64,000 nucleotides of DNA from Epiperipatus broadwayi (Eukaryota > Animalia > Onychophora). Each line of letters opens with the position of its first letter. Position 1 is the first letter of the stretch. The notes beneath the pieces were generated by a model that saw nothing but the letters and a program-made list of their open reading frames with translations, had not been told where the DNA came from and made no database searches. Location: positions 13,516,001-13,580,000 of the forward strand of contig JAQFVV010000009.1 in the NCBI GenBank assembly GCA_028023455.1. Reading direction: 5' to 3'. This document shows positions 52,312-64,000 of this stretch, in pieces. The translations under genes and the position numbers were made by a program.

Positions 52312-54046
52312 AATATTGGATGAGTAGGCATTAGATGGGGATTTTATGCACAAGCCTTCTGGCATCCATTGATTACTCTGTTTAGCACAGGTGGCAATAA
52401 TGTATGGAGAGTTTTGCTCTGTTTAAAACTTTTTACATTCCTTTTTTTTTAAAAAAAAATTTCAACTAATAATTTTTTAAGAATTTATTTATATACAAAA
52501 TTTGAAATTATTTGTATACACTGAAAGAAAGAAATTTTTCAGTAACATTTGTTTGATATTTAATAATTATTCTTTTTTGTGTGCTAAGAAGCAAAATATA
52601 TCTAACAGTGTACTAAACAAAAATCATTTTAGACATTTTATGCAAGCAATGGAAATAAGATAGCAGTGTCAACTACATCCTCAGACAAATTTATGGCAGT
52701 AGCTTTTATCAGTAAGAAACATTGGGTTACACATCTAAACAAAAACCACAAACTAATGACATGAAAGTTTCAAGACCTAAGTTTGAATCTAGGTAAAAGT
52801 TGTTGTCTAGATATATAAATCTGATAGAAAATCAGCAACTATACATTTTAATGATTTTAGTTATATGTTAGCAGAAGACATTTTTGACATTTCTAGCCGA
52901 TATTTAGCATCTGCATTTGTAATAGTGATCTATTCTTCATCACTTATTTTAAAGTCATCTGATACAAAATGATTTATATGAGTTAATTATTTTAGTGCTT
53001 TGGTAAAAGTATTTCTTAATTATGGTCTCCCCTTTCTCTTTTATTTGAGACTTCATAGTTAATGAATGATGGCCAATCATACTACAACTTGAAACTGAAC
53101 CTGTCACCTAGATTATATTAATTAATTTATGTGGTAAGTGATTTCTATTATTTAAAAAATGCATATCCAAAGCATTAATTAATGATTAGAAGATGCTATA
53201 TTTTTTGTTATACATCTTAATGATATTACAAAAAAAAAAAAATCAAGTCAGATGTCACATGACCAGTAGCAGAAACTGGTCTGGAGTTAGGGGTATTCTG
53301 CAAAATTGTTAAGAGCTTATTCGCGAGTTCTTTATATAACAATGATGTACAGTCTCTTTATGAACTAAATAGAGAGGAAAACAACTCAATGTTACCATTG
53401 ACAATTGTCTAAATTAAGAACTCTAAGTGCCTTTTATTTGTAAGGCAAATCATTTGTACCAGCCAACACAATCTACTTAGATAAGTTCAGCAAAATTTGA
53501 TTGCAGCAGACTGTCCTACAATTGAGGAAGTTGTTGAAGTCCTTAACATTATCAATATGGAAAACAACCAAAAAATTATACAGGTAAAGATAGGAAAGAT
53601 ACACTTAGAATGACCACATTAAAGTTTATTATATAGCTGTAAAAATAGATTGCTAAAATGAATTTTTTTAAATAGTTGGAAGAAAATAGCAAATTACCAC
53701 CAATAATGATCAAGTGTCATCATTTGTAATATAGTATCATCATCCATCTTTGATAATGAGCTTAATGAACACATTATCTATTTTTGTTATCAAAATAAAT
53801 GACATAAATCATGTGTTTTAAAAACATTTATGAATACCTGAGCATTGTATAAATCAAAGCTACTTATTGAATAAACATGTATCTTTTTAATTTGGCTAAA
53901 ATGAAAATGCAACATAGCTTTGCTTAGTTTATAGTAATGGGGCAGTGGCAGAATCTAAAACTGAAAATCCATAGATAATACTCCCAGTTCTATCTCTTTT
54001 AATGTTAATATAAAATTTATTAAGCGCTAGCAGATGATCTAATAAT

Positions 54047-54225
54047 AACGTGAAAGGCTAAAACCTTCTACAGAAGCGCCTTAAAAATGCTTGTGACAGC
54101 CAATCAGATGCAGTAATGACTGCACATGGAACTCTCAATCACGTGCAGTCATTGTTGCATCTGATTGGCTATCACATAAGCATTTTTAAGGCGCTTCAGT
54201 AAAAGATTTTTACTCTTTTAATGTT
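54047..54225. repeat. ~180-bp hairpin/MITE-like palindrome
   Basis: Near-perfect arms 54073-54125 and 54143-54197 with a 17-nt loop, plus imperfect outer arms. Confidence 0.85.
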
Positions 54226-57200
54226 GCAACTTTTTATAAACTTTTGAGCAATAAACTTTTCAGTTATTATTACTAATACAACATTTATTCATCATGGCTA
54301 TAAGGAATTTAAATTAATCTCAAACTAACTATTTAAATATAACCTTATTGAAATCAGGTTATGCAACAAATTTTAAATATGTTTGAGGATAAATTTAAGT
54401 TTTTTTTTTGTGGGTGTGTTTGGGTGTATCTGTAAAATACACATTTTCATTTTTATCTTGGTATGAATATTTTTAATGAAAATTTACATCACTGCATATG
54501 CTTTTTTTCTAACTAAATAATAAACAAAATAGTAAAACTTTAAGCTTTCACTGCTAGACATTTGGTTGATTAGTTAAGTATTTATTTATGTATAGAGAGT
54601 AGACAATGAGGTCTTTGCCATATGGCTGGCTATTCAAAAACTGTTTACGGTTTTATCATATTTTAAACCGTGTTAATAATTTCTCATCATTAATTTATAT
54701 AGATTACTTAAATTTTTACACCACTACTATTGCGTCTTTTTTACTAGATTTTAAAAAAAATCTAATTTGCATATTACTAATCAATCGACTGGTATTAAAT
54801 ATAAACTTTCATTTTTTTATTAAAACTTGTGTGTGATCTTGTTGTTGTGGCTCTTTTATGAAATCTCACATAGTTATACGCGATTGTATACAGTTAACCA
54901 ATAAGGTTGTTTTATACCAAGTACATTTTATGGGGGAGGAGGTATTAAATTTTATGTTAGTGCTAATTTTTTAAATATGTACATGTACATTATACTTCCT
55001 TGCTTGTCAGGCTCTGACATTTGACAGTTGTTCTTTAGCAGTTCTTTTAACCCGTCATTTGAAATTTGTTTCACTGTCAATGTTTATATGACCTCAAAAC
55101 ATCAAAACCTTCTTCAAGATTACCACCTAAAAACTAGTAATCCTATGAATGAGTATGTTTATAAGGAATTATATATGTATGCAAAAGATTTAACTTTTTA
55201 TAAATTACATTATCGGAACATTCGTGCATGAAATTAAAGCTCGTAAAGAGAAACGGTATCAGGGAAGTATTAAAATTAATATAAACAACGCAATAGGATC
55301 CTTCTTATGCTCTAAAAAGAAAAATGCTGGGCAATATCATCTTCGTATTCATTATATAAAAAAGTTGTTCACGCCGCCAATATCACATCCTCGGCAATAT
55401 TTTTAACTTATGCTTTGATTTTTTCACAATTTTTATATATGAAAGTTCAAACAGTTTAATATTATTTAAAATATTAAAAAATTAAAACATCCAAAATTTT
55501 TATTTGTACACAATTTAGAACAAAAATTGTAGATGTTTTTATGGTCTACATAAAAGTCATTCCTTATAAAAGATATCTTGTTTTAAGAATGTAAGCCATA
55601 CAACATAAGAATATATTTTATTTTGTATTGTTGATGATCATCCCCCATTTTAAATTGTTTTATTTGCTGTTATTTCAAATACTGACACCTTAGAGATCTG
55701 GATATATCTGCATAACAATAATTTAATAATAGATGTACTACATTAAATTGACATGTTGAAAAAGTTGTACCCTTATGAGAATTTAATGCTCAGCTGTAAA
55801 CAGATATCTAAAATATATCCTGCTTATTATAACTGGTGTTGAGAATTAAGTGTGTCATTACAGAATTCAATAAGTGCCTAAAGTAGATATAGATTTTGTA
55901 AATAAATTATTTTAAACTTACATCCTTGATAAAAAATATTTTATTATCACACCCTGAAATTTGGAGTCAAAATTAAAAGGATTAAAAGAGGTTCAGCAAT
56001 TTAATTAATAAATTAGAATTGGGAAAAAATTTGATAATTTTCTGAATAAGAGACTGTCATACAGAAATGAGAGCATCCCATTGGGTGAGTCAATTATATA
56101 TACCAACAACATCATCATTAAAATGATGCTTATCGTATTCAAACCTGAGCGGCTTTTTAGATTGAAAGTTGTTATTCAGAAGATGCAAAGACCAGTAATA
56201 CCACTAATCTTAATATCTTTAATTAAACTGTTATCTGATTTGAAACACATTTCTGTCCTAAACAATGAATTGATTAGGGATATACATAGATCATTAAGAT
56301 TAGATTATGTTTCAAGACTGATTATATTTTTCTCCAATTAATTGGTTTTCTGTGTTATATATTTTTCTAGCTAAGATAAAACTGTAATTGTATTAGATCA
56401 TCTTAAATTCCATTAAAACAAAGCATTAGTTTGGATGGTTTGGATTCTACTATGGAAAACTTTTCTATTTACCAAATTGGAAATTAGTTACAATGTGCAC
56501 TTTTTAAATAGAAATTTAGTAACATTTTTATTGACTATACTCATCATCTTTGGAAATCTCTTGTTAAATTATAAAAATCACTTCATTTTTGCAACCATAA
56601 CTTAATCAAATTAGATTGAGCTTAGTGATTAAGCTTTTAAGAAAATATCAAGTCAACTGTAACTGGACCTGTATAACATTCTTATGATTGAATGTATTAT
56701 TTAATCTTCAATGTATTGTTATTTGATATAGATTTGGTTACTTATGCATATCTACAGCCAGATCAAATAAATAAAAGTTTATATATCAATATTTTTCTCT
56801 TTTATCTGAATTAAAATATGCAAACATGCACACAAAATACCATAAATTCAATATCTGATTCCAAAGAATAAATTTATTTTGACCATGGAAAATGAAAATG
56901 AGCCACTTTAAAGACAAGTTCACAAATGACAAAAATATTATGGAAATGGTTTAAGCCAAAATTCATTGTTATTTATTTAGAGTAATGACAAATAATCCAG
57001 CTATTATTAATGCATTTAGAAATGTAAATATCAGATACCTGATGAACATCTATAACTGTTTATCTAAATAATTCAATATGTCTCAATTCAATAAAAAGAT
57101 TGTGTTTATTAAATAAAATAAAGATTAACTAAATCTCACTATGTAGAACTTAAGACCAATTTTAATAGATAAACATTTTGCTACAATACTGTTACAGAAA

Positions 57201-58093
57201 ACTTGACATTGAGTTTTACTAGGAAATTACTTGCTACATATTATCTTTTTCTTTCAGGAAATAACCAGCTATTCAAAAAATGGTATTATTTTTAGGGTAT
57301 ATATATATAATAACATTAACTAAAGGAAATTAGCAGATCCTATATATTATTCTATATCTGACAACCCTAAGCTAGTTTGTTTTATCAATTACGATAAAAA
57401 CAGATTGAGCCACCAGAAATTTTCTTAGAATTTTACTGGTCTACCAAATAATGAAAAAGAGTATTTATAAAAGTTCATTTTCTTGAACCCTTTTTGAATT
57501 TGGCTGACATTTGTGTAACATTTTTGAGAATAAAAACAACAGTTTTGACTTACAAGAATGATGTCAATATTATTTCCGTAAGTAATATTAAATATTTCAA
57601 TTAATTGAAGCAGAAATTAACCTTTTGAAGATATCTGGCTTTTTTATCTATTAATAAAGATTTTGTATTGCAAATTGTTATAGAAAATCTAATATCAATA
57701 TTTAATATTTACTTAATAAATTATTGAGAATACATATCTGCATATCATTTACAAATATGTCAGTGAATAAATAATACTATCAGACAGATATATTATTGAG
57801 AATATGGAACTAGTGAACCCAAATTTATTAATGTTACTGTCTTCATGAGAATGTGAAAATCCTAGTAATAAATTTAATATTCCAAACATAAATAATCTGG
57901 ATAGTATCAGTTAACAAATATATTTAAAAAACTGGACTATCATAGTCTGATGAATTTAAATAAAAGTTAATTTTAAAAAGATTTAAATTCATTTTTTAAA
58001 ATGGACAAAATTATTTTATAAGCTATATTTATATTTGATCATACTTCTAGTTTTGATGTTTTCTCAGCTGAGAAATTATAAAAAAATAATATA

Positions 58094-58492
58094 TAAAAAA
58101 ACTTTTTTTAAATAATACTTTTATGTAAATAGCTGACTAAAAATATAGAATAACAAAATAATCCATTCTTGGTTAATTTTCCATTTTTGGAAAATATCAG
58201 AGATCTTAAGAATCTAGACTTGTTTATAAAATAATTGGAAAACACAGGAATATTGTCATTTCATGAAAGCATTTGAGGCTCAAATAAATCATAAAAATGA
58301 AAAAGGCCTCAAATGCTTATGTAAAATGACAATATTCCTGCAATTTCCAATTGTTTAGACTCTTAAGATCTCTGATATTTTCCAAGAATAGGCAAATTAA
58401 CCAAAAGGTGAATTACTTCTTGATTACTTTGTTATTTTGTACATTTTAGTTGGCTATTTACATAAAAGCATTATTTTTAAAAAAAATTTTTT
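58094..58492. repeat. ~400-bp foldback/MITE-like palindrome
   Basis: Arms of ~185 bp around a 26-nt loop (58280-58305), e.g. aaaatatcagagatcttaaga / tcttaagatctctgatatttt. Confidence 0.85.
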
Positions 58493-61400
58493 ACATATTA
58501 TTTTCTTTACTTTATAGTTATACTTACATATTACTTTTAAAAATCATTAAAACTACAAAAAAATCTGACAAAAATTATAATTTAATAATAAAATGTAAAA
58601 ATAAAAATACAGCCTCTAACAAACAAATTCTAAATTTAAATATCATGTGATCATCTACCATATAAGAATATATTATTGACTTTTTAAATTAATTCTCTAA
58701 TTTTTTTTACACATTTATTATTTTTTTCACAAAATATTCATGTATTATTAATTATTTCAAAAGAATAATTCAGATATTAGAAGAAAATATTTACTTTGAA
58801 TTAATTAATTATAAGTTAAATGAAAATATTTACAAACTTTTACTCTACAAATGTAATATTTCCATTGGCTTAGTAGCTAAGGATTTTTTCCTAAAAAATA
58901 TAAATTGTAAGTTTGAGTTCTTAAAAAAAAACACATTCTTTTTTATTGTTAAAAAATAAAAAATATTGACATACTGATAGAAACACAGACAGGGCAAGTT
59001 ATATAAAAGCATTTAATAATAAACTACTTAATGTTAAATAATCTTTATAATAATGTAAAAAATATATTTATCTATGAAATATTTTCACTTATACTTTTAA
59101 AATGATTTAAAGAAATGACACTTCAATATAATTTGCATGACATGTGCAATTCTTTTTGATTCAGAAATATTTAGATTCTATTCTATTATACAGAATTTAA
59201 GTCAAATTTTAATGTCAGTTGTCAGTATTGATTATAAAAAGAAAGTAAAAAGTATCATGACTCTATTATGCTTTTTATAGTTTTGTAGTGTCAATTTATC
59301 TATCAAAAACCTCTGAAATTCCTATAAATTTTTGCAATTTTTTAATGACAGCAATATCAAAAAGTTTTAAAATACTTTCCCTACAAAATCTAGAATGTCT
59401 GAGGTTTCAAGATTTATTTCTCTAAAAAAAGCCAATACACATTATTAGTAAATAATGGATTCATCATCACAAACCACATATCTTAACCTATCCTATTATT
59501 AACACAATTATAACACACATATATAGATAAAACAATATTTTATTATAATGATTTAAATGTTAATTTTAAAATTTTGTGAATTTTAAAATCATGATCATAG
59601 TATAAACATTAACATAATGGAAGCCTTGAGAAAGATCCAAAAAATCAGTATTCATACATCATGAGTAATCTAACTAAATAATGACTTGTGTCATAATTAA
59701 TTAATTATGATTTTATAAGTGTAGTACAAATATAAATCATGTAGTGACAACCAAAATAAAAACAAAACAACATGATTTACAATTAGGTTAAAAATGAAAG
59801 AAAATAAAAATGGTAGCTTTAAGATACCAATTTATAATTTGACAAATGTATTAATAATAGGCAGATATATGAAAAGAGACAGTTGGTTTAACAATTCTTT
59901 TAATGTTTAAAATATTACTTACTGATTATTATTCATAGTGATTTTTTTTTTGGAATTAGAAAATATTTGTGTAAAATATTTTATAAAATGAATGCAAGGA
60001 CAATTTTTCTTGAGTAGTAAAGATATAACATTAGGCTCTAAGACTATTATAATTTTTAAAAAAAATCAAGTGAATAAAAAAAAAATCAAACAACACATTT
60101 ATTATATATAAAAATTTATAATATAAACAATTTATTGAGAAGGCTTTAACAATTTGGCTTAAATAAATATATACCTGGGCCAGCAATAAACAAACACTTG
60201 GTTAATATTAATTTAAGAAAGGTAAGTAAATATCATATTTATAATTATTCAGATATATTTGCAAAGATTTATTCTTGCATAATAATTAAAATTGATCATT
60301 TTTTTAGTTGGTACTTACACTATATTATTTTAAATGATTTCTCTGGATAAAATTACTAATCTATAACATTTTACATATTATTAAGCGAATAGATTTATTC
60401 TTGATTAATCTAATGTTGAATTTTGTAATGCTATTTGGTAACAGAAAAAGATAGTCAATTGTCTTCATTATCAAATAAGAATGTATGTAATTAAACAAAT
60501 GGTATGGTTCAATAAATAACTGATTATCTACCACTTTTCAAGAATTTAAACTAATAAATTGCATGACATTTGATTATAGCTGTTTATTTGAAATTAATAA
60601 TATTTATGTTTAATTTGAAATAATAATCTGAGAAGACTGGATCAGTAGTAAAAGTGGGCAATGCGAGAGCTAAAAGTTTTTGAATTGATTAAGATGAAAA
60701 AGCCAGATAAAATATATGTTTGTCTGAAGGTTTTATAGCATTTTAGTAGTATTTATATATTGTACTATTTTTATTATTTAATTTTAAATACTAAATATCT
60801 TCAGAAAATAATCTTTCCAAATATATTCAACAGGTTAGTGTATAACACAAGTTTTTAAGTCTAGGTTTGATTTCCATTTGATTTCCATGTTAGTACTGTC
60901 ACTGGTTAAGCCAGCAATGCCCCAAAAAGAGAAGAGAATAATTTCATTTGAAACATTGTGTTATATACAAAGCCATGTGCCTTTATTAACAGCTGAATGT
61001 AATTAAAAAGTTTAAATAAAGTTTGAATTTTTCTAAAGACATTCAGTAATTAACATTAAATGATGGAAATAGTCCAGCATATAATTTTTAGATAAAATAT
61101 CTGATTGGGCAGTGGAATAGAACAGTTGTTGTTCAGACTTTCACTTTGATGGTTGCATGTCATTTAATGTCTATTACCTTTATTTACACCTGTATTTTTA
61201 ATTTATAACTGTCAATAAATTATTAAAAAATTTTTTATAAATAAACTTATTCATAAGTATAAATAAAAAGAGAAAAACAGGAGAAAATTATAAAAATGTA
61301 TAACTATATAAAAGTTTTTATAAAGTTCAATTTAATTTTTGAAAAATAAAAAATAATCTGTTTTATAATTATTTCTACCATATTGCAATTTTTAAAAAAA

Positions 61401-62725
61401 ACCAATCATGATAGAATCAGTAGTGAATTTTCTGTATTTTCAAATAACATAATAATAATAATAATATCACACTACTTAAAATTTAAAACTTTTAAAATAT
61501 TCTTTTTGACTGCTTTTGTTGAAGTTGAAATATCTGTTTGTTTGTTTGTTAATTCTTTAGAAGGCAGTATAAAGATTTTTTTTTTCAATTTAATAACATT
61601 TTTTAACATTTTAAAATCAATATTTAATATATTCAAGTTCAATATAACTTGTTAAAAATTTGTACATTTGTTTAAAATGTCTATGAAAGTGATAGGACAC
61701 ACTAATTTTTAAATTTCCAATCAAAGTAAAAATGTTAAACACCCACTTAAAAGAATATTTCATACTTTTAATCATGCATATACACCTTATTATGTACACA
61801 TATTAAAAGTGATATATACATGAAGGGTATACATTTCAACTTATAGCAGAAATATCTACTAATATATATATTGCAATGAAACATTCTGCGAAGCTGACTC
61901 TTTGAATGCCCCACAGATTTCAGCATCCAAAATTGTAATGGAACAATTTGGGATGAGTAAGAGTGGTTCTGTTATACCTTACATATTTAAGTACTTTACC
62001 TTATAACTAATAGACTGTATAAAATATAAGGGGATTATCTTTAAATAATAATTTGTATATAAGAATTATCTTATTCAAATACCCTCTAAGTTCAATGCAC
62101 CTGAATCATATCATATGAAAAGTGGTCTTTCAATTAAATAGTAAGCAAACAGAGAACAAAAAGCTTTTTCACTTACGTGTCAGACTCTACTAGCAATTGA
62201 TATGGTAATGGGATAGTTTTGAAATGATAGATTATAAATAAATAAATAAATAAATAAATAAGTAAATCAAACATAACATAAACAAAAAGAATGTATCCAA
62301 CTTTATTATCTCCACTTAATACTTTACTTGCCTGATCTCAGGGTTTAGCATTAAAAATAACTAATGAGACTTGATTACTTGCCCAAATATAAAATAGAAA
62401 CAAAGGGAATATTTTATTAAATCTAATTTATACTCACAAATAACTAAATGGAAATACTTTATTTAATATTTTTAAATTATAATGTTATATAGTATACTTC
62501 TTGTTAATGTTTGAGCAAGTGATCATTCACATTTAAATATTCTCTGGATAAAAATAAATAATTAAATTATCAAAATCAAGTTTTGCACCATGAGCCAAGT
62601 GAAAAAAAATTCACAAAGTCACTTTAAGTAATAAATATTAAGGCTATAACCTTAAGACTATGTGCCTAGATGCAATAGAGACCTCTATAAATTTTTGTGA
62701 CATTCATGTTTGTGAAATTTGTTAA

Positions 62726-62728
<3 letters not shown>

Positions 62729-62761
<33 letters not shown>
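62729..62761. repeat. (TA)n microsatellite
   Basis: Direct reading. Confidence 0.95.
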
Positions 62762-62764
<3 letters not shown>

Positions 62765-63233
62765 GTTACATTTGTGTCTGAATGAAGACCATTTATTTCC
62801 TAAGAATGAATACGCTATGATAATGATGATGATGATAATAATAATAATATATTATTTATTACAATAGTATATAAGCAATACAAAATTAATATAACTCCAA
62901 ACAAGGACTATCTAACTCTGCAATCCAGATTTAAAAAAATATTGAGATTCACTTTAAGCTATACTAAATATAAATATATGTTTTCTAAACTATACTTCCC
63001 TCTTTTAAGGTTTCCAAATGGAGACTTCTTAAACTAATCCCTTTTATGTTACAAATGTCCTCAATTATGGCAAAAGAATTGATACAGTCCTCTGCATTAT
63101 GTATAATTCTTAACAATTTAGCAAGAGATTTTTATCACTAAGTTATACTCACAGATATAATATTATTGTAACAAACCTTCTCCTTAAACATATCTCATGA
63201 TTATTGAACAGCTACAAATTATTTGCTAACATT

Positions 63234-63352
63234 ATCATCATCATCATAATAATAATAATTAATAATAATAATAATAATAATAACAACAACAACAACAACA
63301 AGATGAAGAAAAAGAAGAAGAAAAAAAGAAGAAGAGGAGGAGGAGGGAGAAG
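63234..63352 (+). repeat. Compound trinucleotide microsatellite (ATC)(AAT)(AAC)(GAA)(GAG)
   Basis: Direct reading. Confidence 0.9.
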
Positions 63353-64000
63353 AACTAAATTTCCAATAGTGACAATCACATGAAATATTTATATTTAATC
63401 ATTCTCACAATACAAAAGTTAGCAAAAAGTCATATAGGACATTTATTATATACTAGCTATATATATATATATATTAGGTGTGTGTATGTGTTATATATTT
63501 ATATATATATGTAAAGAATAATAACAATGCCAGATATTTGAGCTTTGATTTGTCATGACATATTAAAGAGAAAAAACAAAAAACATGTATATACTTTGAT
63601 TTTTTTAAAATACAAAAAAAAATTTTTTTATTAAAAAATTAAAAAAAATTAGTCAGATTAATTGACCTTTTTAATATCTTTCTTATATATATATATATTA
63701 AAATGAATAGTTATTTGAAGCATCTATGTTTATCCTTGATTGAATTTTATTAACATGGCAGATAGTCTCCATTAATGGCCATGCACATTTTTTGACGATT
63801 TAAGGGTGACTTTTCTTGTATTATTTTATCTTCATGTCATGCTGATGTGAACTAATAGAAGTAATGGAATTGTTTGGGATGCTTCTACCATTGCAATTCT
63901 TATTTCCATCTTCAGGATGGAATAGCTAATGATTTTAAAACAATTTCTCTTCTTCTTTCAGGTATGCGCTTGCTAATGACTTTTTCCCCTCTTTCAAGTG

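Larger units (their letters stand above)
51941..52424. mobile_element. Inverted repeat (154-bp arms, 176-bp spacer) of a hammerhead-bearing element (family 2)
   Basis: Arms 51941-52094 and 52271-52424 differ at about 4 positions. Confidence 0.9.

Noticed and set aside
63915-63960. Possible 46-nt plus exon DGIANDFKTISLLLS between ttcag and gtatgc
   Set aside because: Good splice signals, but no homology or neighbouring exons; such sites arise by chance in AT-rich DNA.

Overview
Very AT-rich (about three quarters A+T by eye) animal genomic DNA, almost entirely non-coding; nearly all ORF-track entries are spurious or transposon debris. The only host gene I can support is the 5' end of a minus-strand PET/LIM-family gene (testin/LMCD1/prickle3/LIMPETin type). 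It has a 77-nt coding exon at 1969-2045 (NMPADKEHPCHKCGERCPGFAPHFWR), candidate alternative first exons at 2428 and 3218, and a CpG-rich promoter; its downstream exons were not found in the window. The rest is repeat-dominated: several decayed RTE-clade LINEs, two decayed Penelope-like elements (RT and GIY-YIG), a 1397-bp solo LTR with a 5-bp TSD, a hAT-Charlie non-autonomous element, foldback/MITE-like palindromes, a tRNA-Gly mini-SINE family with TSDs, and a ~3 kb tandem segmental duplication. The most interesting signal is two families of short non-coding repeats carrying minimal type-I hammerhead ribozyme motifs (nine recognisable copies, two with intact cores). Each family includes a head-to-head inverted pair, and one pair is built from 337/360-bp circularly permuted monomers, as expected for Penelope-mobilised retrozyme-like elements. 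All alignments and folds were done by eye; nothing was searched or computed.
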